A stretch of DNA of 64,000 nucleotides, taken from assembly GCA_963799115.1 (NCBI GenBank), contig CAWCVY010000049.1, forward strand, positions 3,901 through 67,900, read 5' to 3'. Shown piece by piece: positions 49,555 to 58,719 of the stretch. This DNA is from an uncultured Chlamydiae bacterium (GTDB lineage Bacteria; Chlamydiota; Chlamydiia; Chlamydiales; Parachlamydiaceae). The notes below the pieces were generated by a model, which saw only the letters and a list, made by a program, of their open reading frames with translations, did not search any database and was not told the origin of the DNA. The stretch's first letter is position 1. Every line of letters starts with the position of its first letter. Position numbers and translations under genes: made by a program.

Positions 49555-49780
49555 GTTTTCTCGCTATTGAGTTTTCTAATGATACCAAAATATAGATTTT
49601 ATGTCAAATTTAGACAAAATGTCAATATCAAAAGATGAGTATTTTCAAGCTAATGCCGCAAAATGACCCACTAACGGAGTAAGATCGATAGCGGCTTAAT
49701 AGACATCTTGCATAACCTCAATTCCTTGCCCGTGCCCCTGCCCCTGCCCTTGCTCTATTAGCGTTGTTTTTGAGCCATTT

Positions 49781-50140
49781 TCACAGCATAGACACGATGC
49801 TAATCAGCAGTTCTCGTCCTTTGGTATATCGTTCTTCATTCACAAGCTGCAATCGTTGACACACATCCAAAATTCCCGCGCATTCTGTAGCAGACCTTTT
49901 AGCCATCCGATAAAATCGAGCTTTTTCATCGATGGAATATTCTCCCGCTCCTTCTGCAATATTCAATGGTATTGACAAACCCGCACGTTGAAGCTGATCG
50001 CTTAAATAGGCCCTACCCCGAGGTAAATGTTCTATTATAACATCCGCAAGTACAACAAATTCTATTGCCACTTGGTATACGGTTAACTTTTCATGGTCTA
50101 AAAGAATTCGTTTCTGCACTGGAGAAATGGCGATTGTCAT
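49781..50140 (-). CDS. Four-helix-bundle protein (23S rRNA intervening-sequence protein / Avd-like family)
   Basis: The 119-aa ORF has the family pattern LTVYQVAIEFVVLADVI..LPRGRAYLSDQLQRAGLSIPLNIAEGAGEYS..EKARFYRMAKRSATECAGILDVC. Relative to copy B1, a 1-nt deletion removes the last roughly 8 codons. Confidence 0.8.
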   Translation of the reverse strand: MTIAISPVQKRILLDHEKLTVYQVAIEFVVLADVIIEHLPRGRAYLSDQLQRAGLSIPLNIAEGAGEYSIDEKARFYRMAKRSATECAGILDVCQRLQLVNEERYTKGRELLISIVSML

Positions 50141-51003
50141 ATTTTAACTCCCAATTTTGAATCCCTGCGATCAGATTGAATCGCAATCCAAATCTTTTTC
50201 TTCTGTTTCGATATTTATCACTCAAAATTTTAAATCGTTTTAAGCGCCCTATTACATTTTCATTTAAAGCTCGCTTTGAAGAAATATCACGATTCATCTG
50301 CTTTTCATCTCTTGTAAGAGCTTTGCCTCTTGATCGTTTTTTGGCAATAGACTCGTATTTTAAAGTTTTTTTATTCCGGTATACCCAGAATCAACGATTC
50401 CTTGAACCGTTTGAACCCAACGTACCTTACTGTCTTTGAATAGCTTAAAATCATGTCTCTTCCCATTGCAAAAGTTCGTGCATATGATCAAACTCGACTG
50501 GTTATCTACAACGACCTGACTCTTTAGCGTATGCCTTTTCTTTTTCCCGGAATAATATCTTTTCTGTTTGTTATTTCTATTTCTGATCCGATTTTTGCAT
50601 CGGATCTTTTTTTTTGGCCTTTCTATCGGGCTTTCAGTAGCATCAATCAAAATCACTTCAAATTCAGTGTCACTTTTAAGCAGAGCCTTCTTTCCAGGAA
50701 GAGAAAATTCTTTGCTTTTAATTAAGATGTCTTCAATCCACTTGCAATTTCTATAGCAGGCACTTTCACTCAGCCCATAGCTTTGTCATAAATGAAAATA
50801 GGTCCTGTATTCTCTTAAGTATTCCAGGGCATAAGTAATTTATCTTCGACGACGAGACGAGAAGGCTTTCCTCCCTGGGACATTCTCTGCTTCTCGGCCT
50901 CTTTAACTATTGAAATCATTTGTACAAAGGTCTCCTTTCGTACTCCTGTTAATCTTCTAAATTCAGTGGGCGAAAGTTTCTGTATAGCTTCGTATTTTTG
51001 CAT
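50091..51003 (-). pseudogene. IS5-like DDE transposase (DDE_Tnp_4/harbinger-like type), decayed into at least 3 ORF pieces
   Basis: The N-terminal HTH piece covers 50815..51003 (LSPTEFRRLTGVRKETFVQMI). The DDE core piece covers 50360..50656 (ILIDATESPIERP...KKKRHTLKSQVVVD...GKRHDFKLF...VDSGYTGI). The C-terminal piece covers 50091..50297 (NVIGRLKRFKILSDKYRNRRKRFGLRFNLIAGI). I did not identify the IS ends. Confidence 0.65.
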
Positions 51004-51385
51004 AAATGGCCGATGGATTTAAGAAGCAGACCCTTATATTAAAAAATAAAATTGCGTGCCAGAACTTTTTCGGGCAAGGGCAAGGGCAGAGGCACGGGCA
51101 AGGAATTGAGGTTATGCAAGATGTCTAATGACTATGACGCAGCTCTTTGTGGGTTTGCGAGTGCAAGGAAGGTAAGAACAACTAATCTTGAAATTGGTAT
51201 TGCGTCTAAAGACGATGAAGGATTTTGGGATGGTAAAAAGTGTAGGAAAATATTTTCCAACGATTCCAATTTGCAATTGTGTCTGCAAAATGGTGCTCCA
51301 TTAATAACTTGGGAACTTCTAATGCAGTCTTAAGTCCCTGAATTTTCTTACGGTTTTAATGATAATTTCAAATTTAAATGCATAT

Positions 51386-51748
51386 TTATTTTCCTAAGGC
51401 AGCTATGCGAGTATTTGAATGCGATCCACTAATCCACGTATGCCCCCGCTCTGATTGCGATTTTGCAGGGCTGATCATGATGCTAACATCTTGCCCCAAT
51501 TCATTGAGGAAACGAATAAGACGCTCTAAAGAAAAGCTCCGCAATCTTCCATGAATTAAGGCAGAAATTTTTGGTTGATCAATACCTAAAATTTCAGCAG
51601 CTTGTTTTTGGGTTAGCTTTTTCTTTTTGATAAGCTTGCCTATTTGACGAGCGAACTCAGATTTAGCCAAAGCCTCTTCTGGGTTTTCAATGCCTAAATC
51701 GGCAAAGACATTTCCAGAACTTTCTTCGTACTCGATCTTTTTTTTCAT
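51386..51748 (-). CDS. higA: XRE-family HTH antitoxin (HigA-like)
   Basis: The HTH region is LTQKQAAEILGIDQPKISALIHGRL..FSLERLIRFLNELG. The gene lies 3 nt downstream of the toxin gene. Confidence 0.75.
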   Translation of the reverse strand: MKKKIEYEESSGNVFADLGIENPEEALAKSEFARQIGKLIKKKKLTQKQAAEILGIDQPKISALIHGRLRSFSLERLIRFLNELGQDVSIMISPAKSQSERGHTWISGSHSNTRIAALGK

Positions 51749-51750
51749 AA

Positions 51751-52107
51751 TTATTTTTCCCCCTTTAATTCTTTATACAAGGACTCCGCTTCTTTCAAGC
51801 GATGCTTAATTAAATCGATATCTTGTTTTGGAGTTGCGATTCCTTTTTTCGATTTTTTCTGAAAGGCATGGAGTACAAAAATAAACTCGGCCATTTCAAC
51901 TGTGTAAACTACTCGATAAGTTCCTGATCTGTCGTTTTCTCTAATCTCTAAGATTTTAGCACTACCAAATCCGCTAAATGTTTTTGCATGATTGTGTCTA
52001 TCTCCCATTTGAGCCAGGTAGAGGCCATGCCCCATTTCATCTTGCACTTCATCAGGAAATTCTTTGAGGTCTTCTCGGCTGGAACCAATCCAGAATAGTC
52101 GTTTCAT
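51751..52107 (-). CDS. higB: RelE/ParE-superfamily toxin of the HigB / phage Gp49-like type
   Basis: The segments WIGSSREDLKEFPDEVQDEMGHGLYLAQMG and YRVVYTVEMAEFIFVLHAFQKKSKKG fit the Gp49-like toxin pattern. The gene order is toxin first. Confidence 0.75.
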   Translation of the reverse strand: MKRLFWIGSSREDLKEFPDEVQDEMGHGLYLAQMGDRHNHAKTFSGFGSAKILEIRENDRSGTYRVVYTVEMAEFIFVLHAFQKKSKKGIATPKQDIDLIKHRLKEAESLYKELKGEK

Positions 52108-52292
52108 GTAAGGCCCTATGCATTTCTATCTCTATTATGCTCAAATAGGCATATTTTGTACAAGGAAATCAAGACAAAAATAAAATCTTAGGACCAAATA
52201 AGGGGGTAAATTGGTTTAAATGGCATTTAATATAATTGACATAATGCCCTTATTCTAAGGTGTTGATAATTATTTTCCGCAAAGCTGACTTT

Positions 52293-54026
52293 CTAGGTGC
52301 GAACTCTTAGGCCTACGTAACCGAAGTAAATCCCCCAAACCAGACAGCTGACGGCAAGCCACAGTATGCGCGTCATAAACCCAATCGAACTGGGCGATAC
52401 AAAGCCTTCGATCAATCCGGCTACCAACAGCATCAGTATGCACCCAATTTCTATTGTAATGGCTTTCCCGGCCGATTTCTTCAAGGACTCCTTGATTGTT
52501 AAAACACCCGGTCTGAGTACTGCTTCGGCAAGGATAAAGCCTGCGCCGCCGGCTAATATGATGGCCAGTATCTCCGTTCCTGCATGCGGCATGATCCATC
52601 CCCAAAAAGCACGTCCATGCCCCTGAAGAAGCAGCCAGCTGAATACAGCTCCCAGATGAATCCCATTATAAATAAGAACATAGGCAGTCCCGATACCGGC
52701 CGTTATCCCAAAAGCAAAGGCGAAGAAGGTCACCTGGATATTATTGGAAATGATGCTTGCAGCCGTCACAGGCCGCGTCAAAGGGGGCATCCCATGCATA
52801 TTATCCTTTTGCCAAGGATTGAAGTCTAAAAAAGACTCCGCAACCAAATCATAAGCAAGCTCATGGTGCCACTGGGTCGCGAAAAAAGCAATCGCAGCCG
52901 GTACAAAAAAGAGGCAAGCAGACATGGCTATGAATTTATAATAGCGACAGACCAATATCGGGAAATTGACAAAAAAAGAATTTTTTGTTGTTGAATAGTC
53001 CTTTTGATAAGTACTATTCAGCAATTGATTTCCAAGGATAGCCAGGGAGTTAATTTCCTCTAAAGTCCCGCTATCTGTGTTCTTAGAACGGGCCCTCGCC
53101 AGATCTGAAACAATTTGGCGGTAGGCATAAATCAATTGTTCAAGCTCGCTAGCTGTGAGCTTGCGCAGTCCTTTTACCCCAGATTTCAAAAGGGAAGAAA
53201 CCTGTTTGCCAAATGATTTCCAAAGGTTAAGTTTTTCTTCCCCTTTTCGTGTGTTTGCAGACTGCAAGGAAGCATAGATGTATTCAAGAAGGGCTTCCGA
53301 GCGTTGATCCCTGCCTTCAACTACCGCAAACTCATCCCTGTCCTTTCCGCATAACTCAAGCAGCATCTCGGCTATTTTCCATGCTAGGGCCCCGCGTTCG
53401 GGCTGCTGGATAGCGCCGCGCCTATTGATGAAGCTGACAATAAGTTCCAACCGCCGCGGATCAAGAGTGCCATTCTGGAGCCGAAGCGCTTGGGGCATTT
53501 TACCCATTTCAAGCCGGCTGATCCAGCCGGCGCCGAATGAGCGGCCACCGGAAAAAGTACATTTCTTTACAACAATAGTGCCTGCGGCCATGTCACCAAG
53601 CCGTTGCTGCTTGTCATCAACGCCAATGAAGATACCCCCAAGAAAATATAAGGGCGTAGGTAAACTATCCAGCGCACGGATTAAATTGCGGATTAACGAT
53701 TCTTTCCAACTGACATAATGTCCTTTTTGATTCAAAACTTGGATGCCCATCATTTTCTTTCCAGGTGTCTGACCTTGGAACAGCTTCTCAAAAAAAATGT
53801 GGTATCCCCATAATAACACAAAAATTAGGAGGATAGTAGTCAAACCCATTACAGATGTGTCGAACATCAATTGAAAAAAACCGGTAAATAATGAAATGGT
53901 TATTACGCCAGAAACTATAAAAAAAGTATCCACGGCGCCTGCGAGAAAACGACTGCCCATGCCGGCCAATTCAAACTCCAGGTCGACGTTATCCACCGTG
54001 GTGATGGAGATCGTATCTCTCTTCAT
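52293..54026 (-). CDS. RDD-domain + SpoIIM (DUF95)-like polytopic membrane protein (operon gene 6)
   Basis: The N-terminal RDD-like segment reads RFLAGAVDTFFIVSGVITISLF...LIRNLIRALD. The C-terminal half has 5-6 TM helices with a SpoIIM-like pattern (NNIQVTFFAFAFGITAGIGT, HGHGRAFWGWIMPHAGTEILAIILAG). Confidence 0.65.
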   Translation of the reverse strand: MKRDTISITTVDNVDLEFELAGMGSRFLAGAVDTFFIVSGVITISLFTGFFQLMFDTSVMGLTTILLIFVLLWGYHIFFEKLFQGQTPGKKMMGIQVLNQKGHYVSWKESLIRNLIRALDSLPTPLYFLGGIFIGVDDKQQRLGDMAAGTIVVKKCTFSGGRSFGAGWISRLEMGKMPQALRLQNGTLDPRRLELIVSFINRRGAIQQPERGALAWKIAEMLLELCGKDRDEFAVVEGRDQRSEALLEYIYASLQSANTRKGEEKLNLWKSFGKQVSSLLKSGVKGLRKLTASELEQLIYAYRQIVSDLARARSKNTDSGTLEEINSLAILGNQLLNSTYQKDYSTTKNSFFVNFPILVCRYYKFIAMSACLFFVPAAIAFFATQWHHELAYDLVAESFLDFNPWQKDNMHGMPPLTRPVTAASIISNNIQVTFFAFAFGITAGIGTAYVLIYNGIHLGAVFSWLLLQGHGRAFWGWIMPHAGTEILAIILAGGAGFILAEAVLRPGVLTIKESLKKSAGKAITIEIGCILMLLVAGLIEGFVSPSSIGFMTRILWLAVSCLVWGIYFGYVGLRVRT

Positions 54027-55318
54027 CAGACTCCCTTCCTCAAGCTTAGATAAGATTCAACCACTTTTACGCTGAAACGGTCGGCATCTGCTTCTAGGAC
54101 TTTAACCCCCATATTCTTCATTTTCTCCAAAACCATCTGTCGTTGAAGGGCCATATGGCAGGCCGCACCTTTAGTGTACCATTCGGCTTCAGTAGAGGGG
54201 TTGGATTGTGCTTTTTGCGCCAGGTGGCTGTTTTTTAAGACAACGCAAAGGACCAGATGTTCCCGCGAGGCATTGGCAAGGTTGCTAAGCATACCAGAGC
54301 TGTCGCTCATATCCAGAAGATCACTGAACAAAATCACGAGGCTGCGCTTTTCCATGCGCAGCATGCCCTGACCGAACACTTGCCAATAGTCGGATTCCAC
54401 TGTCTTAGGCTTTAGTTTGTAAACCGTTTCCAATACACGCGGCAGAATGTCCTGTTTTTCGGTTTCGGGAAGGGCGGCGTCAATGCGGTCGGAAAAAGAC
54501 ATCAAAGAGAGGCTATCATTTTGTTCAACAGCCGCATGGCATAGTTGAATGGCTGCCTTCAAGGCATGGTCAAGGCGGCTATATTGGCCCAGAGGCTCAG
54601 CCATGCGACGTCCGCAATCAATAAGGAGAAAAATGTGACGGTGCAAGTCTTCCACCCAACTCTTTGAAATCATTTCCCCGCGCCGTGCAGTCGCTTTCCA
54701 TTCGATGTTCCGCAAGTCTTCTCCGTGGATATAGGGTCGCAGGGAGTCGAACTCCCCATTTTCGGCTGCTTTGGCAGGGTTGGCCCTATATTCAGGGGAA
54801 CTTTCACCAAATCTTAAAGTTATGGCCTCTTTCTGCACCCTGAATTCAGGATAAACTTTTACTGCTTCATTTAGAGGAAAAACATATCTCTTTTGCACTA
54901 ACCGGCCAAAGAGGCTTATGACGATCTCTCCTAAAAAGAACTCGCCCCGATCATGAGGAACGATCTTATGGTCTATTTTCAGGTTTCCGCGAGGAGGCAA
55001 ATCGATAGGCAGAGTGATTAAGGAAGGACTGAATTCCTTTGTATATTGTTCAAAGACTTCACCAGGGAGTCTTTTATCACTTTTATTGCCAATCTCAACC
55101 ATAATGTGGTGGGGCTGTCCCAGGGCGAAATGCTTTGGAAAACTCCTTTTAACCGATAAGTCTGAGGCGGTAGGGAAGCGCTTAAGCTCTAATAAGACAA
55201 TCCCTATCAGCAAAGCGAGATAGAACAATGCGATTGGTACACTGACCAGCCAAAAGAGGGCTCCAAAACCAAATAAGACCAAACCATACTTAGTGGGAAC
55301 GAAGAAGACTTTTGCCAT
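54026..55318 (-). CDS. DUF58-family (vWA-like) protein (operon gene 5)
   Basis: The segment FDSLRPYIHGEDLRNIEWKATARRGEMISKSWVEDLHRHIFLLIDCGRRM is the classic DUF58 core. Two N-terminal TM helices are present. Confidence 0.8.
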   Translation of the reverse strand: MAKVFFVPTKYGLVLFGFGALFWLVSVPIALFYLALLIGIVLLELKRFPTASDLSVKRSFPKHFALGQPHHIMVEIGNKSDKRLPGEVFEQYTKEFSPSLITLPIDLPPRGNLKIDHKIVPHDRGEFFLGEIVISLFGRLVQKRYVFPLNEAVKVYPEFRVQKEAITLRFGESSPEYRANPAKAAENGEFDSLRPYIHGEDLRNIEWKATARRGEMISKSWVEDLHRHIFLLIDCGRRMAEPLGQYSRLDHALKAAIQLCHAAVEQNDSLSLMSFSDRIDAALPETEKQDILPRVLETVYKLKPKTVESDYWQVFGQGMLRMEKRSLVILFSDLLDMSDSSGMLSNLANASREHLVLCVVLKNSHLAQKAQSNPSTEAEWYTKGAACHMALQRQMVLEKMKNMGVKVLEADADRFSVKVVESYLSLRKGV

Positions 55319-55330
55319 AAGATTCTTTCC

Positions 55331-56257
55331 CTAGCGCGGCACTTCTATTTGTTTTAAGAGCTTGTCTAAGCACATTTCGGCAGTAAGGCCATCGATCCGC
55401 GCTTCCGGGGTCAATCTGACACGGTGTGCGAGTACAGGCACAGCCATCTGCTGGACGTCATCGGGTGTGACGAATGAACGCCCTTTCAAGTAAGCCCAGC
55501 TTTTGCTTGTACTCAAAAGCATCAGGGAAGCCCGCGGGCTTGCGCCTGCGGAAAATTCTTCTAGATTTTGTGTCCGTAAAATCACTTCCGTAATGTAGTC
55601 AAGGATTAGACCTTCCGCCTTGACATTCGCAGCATCGCTGCGGATAGTTTCAAGGTCCTTTCTGGAAAGCATTTTATTTAGCGAGCTTTCACCTAATCCA
55701 GAGTTGCTGCCTAATAGGTCCCTCAGATTATTCTTGGATGGATAGTCCAGCTTAATTTTCATTTGAAATCTGTCAAGCTGGGCTTCGGGAAGCCCATAAG
55801 TGCCCGCGCATTCGAACGGATTTTGAGTAGCAATCACTGTAAAGAAACCTGTGAGGCGATGAGATAGGCCGTCTATGGTGACTTGGCGTTCCTGCATCGC
55901 TTCCAGCAGCGCGGCTTGAGTTCTGGCCGGAGCTCGATTCAGTTCATCAGCCAAGACGATGTCGCTGAAGATCGGCCCTTGCTTGAATTGAAACTCGCCG
56001 CTCTTCGGATTATAAATGCTTACCCCGAGAATGTCTGTCGGCATGAGATCCGGTGTGAATTGAATCCGTGAACAATTCAGGTCCATCATTTTTGCAATGG
56101 AGCGTGCTAGCAGCGTTTTACCTACTCCCGGAGGGCCTTCGAGCAAGACATGTCCTCCCGATATTATAGAGGCTATTAACCTTTCAATGGGTTCGTCATG
56201 GCCGATGACAGCCCTTTTTAACTCCTTAATCAATGCACTTAGGGTTTCATTGACCAT
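55331..56257 (-). CDS. MoxR-family AAA+ ATPase (operon gene 4)
   Basis: The Walker A motif is LEGPPGVGKT and the Walker B motif is LADELNRAP. The segment AALLEAMQERQVTIDG and a length of about 308 aa fit MoxR. Confidence 0.9.
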   Translation of the reverse strand: MVNETLSALIKELKRAVIGHDEPIERLIASIISGGHVLLEGPPGVGKTLLARSIAKMMDLNCSRIQFTPDLMPTDILGVSIYNPKSGEFQFKQGPIFSDIVLADELNRAPARTQAALLEAMQERQVTIDGLSHRLTGFFTVIATQNPFECAGTYGLPEAQLDRFQMKIKLDYPSKNNLRDLLGSNSGLGESSLNKMLSRKDLETIRSDAANVKAEGLILDYITEVILRTQNLEEFSAGASPRASLMLLSTSKSWAYLKGRSFVTPDDVQQMAVPVLAHRVRLTPEARIDGLTAEMCLDKLLKQIEVPR

Positions 56258-57140
56258 CAGATAATCTCCGATAAAAATATTTATTAAAATTTTCTATAGC
56301 TTTTTGGCAGAAATCTTTCGCCTTTAATTCCTGCAAGAATAGACCACGGCTCACAATAAATTTTTCTGACAAGTTTTCTGGCATCTGTATTTCATGCTTC
56401 TTTTCATGACGGGGCCTTAATACATATAAAGCGATAAAAAACACCGTCGTCAAATGCAGGAGGGCCCATCCCCATTTTGTCTTCAAAAAGCGTCCTGTTA
56501 AGTCCGTGAATCCCCCAAGTTTACCCAGATTCAAATGGTACTCGTCAAAATAAACTGTGCCTGCTTGTGCCAGGATTTCCTGAAGGACCGGCACTAACAA
56601 GGCGGGGTTTTCCTGCAGGGCGCTATTATAGGGAACATATGGCACGATCATCAAACGCCCCCCCTCATTGGATGTGAGAAGGAAGGGTTCGCTATCTTCG
56701 GTACTCTCAAAGCCATAAACTTCCTGAAAACTTTCTTCTGTTTCGTCCTGATGATATCCCGATTGTTTGATTTTCCAGTCGTCTGTTTTCATCAGCACTA
56801 CGAGCCCTCCGTTATCCATCCAGGTGTCCAATGCCTTTGATTCGAGAGGGCTTAAAGGCTTGATGGGGTCTGCGATCACCAAAGTCCCCGGATTTTTCGC
56901 CTCCTCATCAGTCAGCGCATACAACGGACGTGTCCAAGGCCTGATTTCGGGATGCCAGGTTTTAAGCACGAGGTAAAATCCTTTCATCCCGTAGGGTTGA
57001 GGGTTTCTTATTGATGAGCGTTTTTCGTTGTTAATGTCGAATGAATCTTCCGATTCGCCTTTTGATGCAAAAAAAATGAGTGCTAATAGCCCTGTGCCCA
57101 TAAAAAGAAGAGACGAGAAAAAATGGTTACTGCTTCTCAT
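56247..57140 (-). CDS. DUF4350-like protein (operon gene 3)
   Basis: The protein has an N-terminal TM helix, a periplasmic-type domain (GTLVIADP...GGLVVLM) and a C-terminal TM helix. Its position between the DUF4129-like gene and MoxR matches the arrangement I recall from other phyla. The family call rests on context and pattern. Confidence 0.5.
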   Translation of the reverse strand: MRSSNHFFSSLLFMGTGLLALIFFASKGESEDSFDINNEKRSSIRNPQPYGMKGFYLVLKTWHPEIRPWTRPLYALTDEEAKNPGTLVIADPIKPLSPLESKALDTWMDNGGLVVLMKTDDWKIKQSGYHQDETEESFQEVYGFESTEDSEPFLLTSNEGGRLMIVPYVPYNSALQENPALLVPVLQEILAQAGTVYFDEYHLNLGKLGGFTDLTGRFLKTKWGWALLHLTTVFFIALYVLRPRHEKKHEIQMPENLSEKFIVSRGLFLQELKAKDFCQKAIENFNKYFYRRLSDGQ

Positions 57141-57718
57141 TGGCTAACCATATTTTCCACTTCGGCCAGATGAATTGCTAAACAGTCTGTCGGAATTACG
57201 CTACGGCCATAAACTGCCCGATCAAAATCGCTGCTCAAGTTTTGAAACAGCGGCACCCATCGAGGCTCCTTTTGACACTCAGCTACGTAATGTGTGTTGG
57301 TCTTCCACTTCCTTTTTGATAACAATTTTCGGCTATCCAACTGATCGACTACAAAGTTGTGCAAAATTTTGATGGTGGTTTGGCTATCGCCCTTTGCTAA
57401 TAATTCTCTGACCTCCTTTAAAGTAATTTGGTGCACTCTGTTGGATGCTTCGATTTTCATTTCGACTATCGGAATTGAATTTTTTTTAGTATGGCAACGT
57501 AAGAACCGCCTTCTAATGGCCAGAAAGACCCTCCAACAGATATAAAGCCCCAAGAACGCGAGCACAAAATAAAATAGGGCAGTTAGGACTCCTGAATCCA
57601 CTAACCATTCAATAAAACGCAGCAGGAATTGATTTTCTTCGGATGGGTTTAACTGAAACTCGTCCTGAGATAACACTTCGCGAGTCGTCTCAATGATTTC
57701 TTGAGGAGATAGGTTCAT
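57137..57718 (-). CDS. DUF4129-like protein (operon gene 2)
   Basis: One TM helix is followed by a helical C-terminal domain ending in FDRAVYGRSVIPTD. This resembles the DUF4129 C-terminal ...ARYG motif. Confidence 0.5.
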   Translation of the reverse strand: MNLSPQEIIETTREVLSQDEFQLNPSEENQFLLRFIEWLVDSGVLTALFYFVLAFLGLYICWRVFLAIRRRFLRCHTKKNSIPIVEMKIEASNRVHQITLKEVRELLAKGDSQTTIKILHNFVVDQLDSRKLLSKRKWKTNTHYVAECQKEPRWVPLFQNLSSDFDRAVYGRSVIPTDCLAIHLAEVENMVSQ

Positions 57719-58501
57719 TTATACCGCAACCTGTCTCAAACTTGGAATTTGGGCGCTTAGCACTTCTAGGTCCAATCCCTCTTTTTTCTCCCTTAAATCA
57801 TAATATAAAAATACCTGCGACACTCCTACCAATGCATAAAGCAGAGGTGTTAGGAGGTGTACTATGAGGGAAGACCACGGCATCCCAATGAGAACATTGA
57901 TGACCATATTCAGGCAAAATGTGAGGCTTAACACAATAAAATAGCTGACGATGAACAAGCCAAAAATACGCCAGCGGTTGCCTTTGGTCAATTTCGCGGA
58001 TCGATGGAAGCTTTTAGAGATAGGGAGCCTTTCGATCAACAGAACTGGCAATGTGCAAATATAGCTCATAGCGACCATTAAACCTGGGAAAACAAAAAAG
58101 GCAGAACTAAATCCCGCAGCTAAAATAAACATGATGGTACTACCTAAGATCCTTGGAAATTGCTGTCCAGCTTCGCAAAGTATAGATATCCAGGAAATTT
58201 TCGCTTTCAAGTGCCAGTCTCGGCATGCCAAGGTCTGTATTCCCAAAAGGATGATTCCCATGAAGATTTCAAATAGGCCAACCATAATTTGAAAATATGC
58301 TAGTGCTAAATCCTTAGGTTCAAAACTAGGATCGTATAAGCCTGGAATGTAGGGAAGAGAACAGAGAATTCCAAAAGCGATGAACCATAATCCCTGGTTA
58401 AAAAGAAAAGAAAAACTTTGGTCCAGAATTTTACCTATGGCGATCTTAACTGGTTTTTCTCTAATGACCTTATTATCAGATTTTTTAAAAATCATATTCA
58501 A
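57719..58501 (-). CDS. Polytopic membrane protein (operon gene 1)
   Basis: The ORF encodes 260 aa with about 6 TM helices. It ends exactly where the next gene starts, with 0-nt spacing. It resembles the membrane-domain proteins that accompany MoxR-DUF58 clusters, but this is tentative. Confidence 0.5.
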   Translation of the reverse strand: MNMIFKKSDNKVIREKPVKIAIGKILDQSFSFLFNQGLWFIAFGILCSLPYIPGLYDPSFEPKDLALAYFQIMVGLFEIFMGIILLGIQTLACRDWHLKAKISWISILCEAGQQFPRILGSTIMFILAAGFSSAFFVFPGLMVAMSYICTLPVLLIERLPISKSFHRSAKLTKGNRWRIFGLFIVSYFIVLSLTFCLNMVINVLIGMPWSSLIVHLLTPLLYALVGVSQVFLYYDLREKKEGLDLEVLSAQIPSLRQVAV

Positions 58502-58719
58502 AATTCCTTTCTTTGAGTAATTCTTCAGTTTTCTTCCTCAATTCACTTATCGCTAAACGGTTATAATTTGGATTTGAGAAAAATGTCAACAAGAATAATT
58601 CGAATATTTTTTTGTTTGATGGCAGCTGATGGAAGATCTTTGCTTCACGTTACTCTTTCATTTTTTGTAATTTTCTTTTATTATTGTTAGTGTTGATAAC
58701 ACTTTGAAGGTGGTGAATA

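Larger units (their letters stand above)
49702..51125. mobile_element. TA-flanked TIR element carrying a four-helix-bundle gene, with a nested IS remnant (family B, copy B2)
   Basis: The left TIR is gacatcttgcataacctcaattccttgcccgtgcccctgcccctgcccttgc. The right TIR gggcaagggcaagggcagaggcacgggcaaggaattgaggttatgcaagatgtc is close to its reverse complement. TA lies at 49700..49701 and 51126..51127. Confidence 0.8.

Noticed and set aside
49781-50140. A possible diversity-generating retroelement, because an Avd-like four-helix-bundle gene and a reverse transcriptase both occur in the window.
   Set aside because: The only RT (24092..25354) is 25 kb away. It has group II intron motifs and a maturase region, and it sits inside a bounded intron. 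I saw no template/variable repeat pair next to the four-helix-bundle gene. The gene is instead bounded by TIRs with TA flanks.
51052-51333. The 93-aa ORF that starts inside the right TIR of element B2 (GKGKGRGTGKE...).
   Set aside because: The N-terminal third is a translation of the hexamer array. The remaining 70 codons, from the TIR-borne ATG at 51118, have no recognisable features. I mention it under the TIR fusion finding but do not call it a gene.
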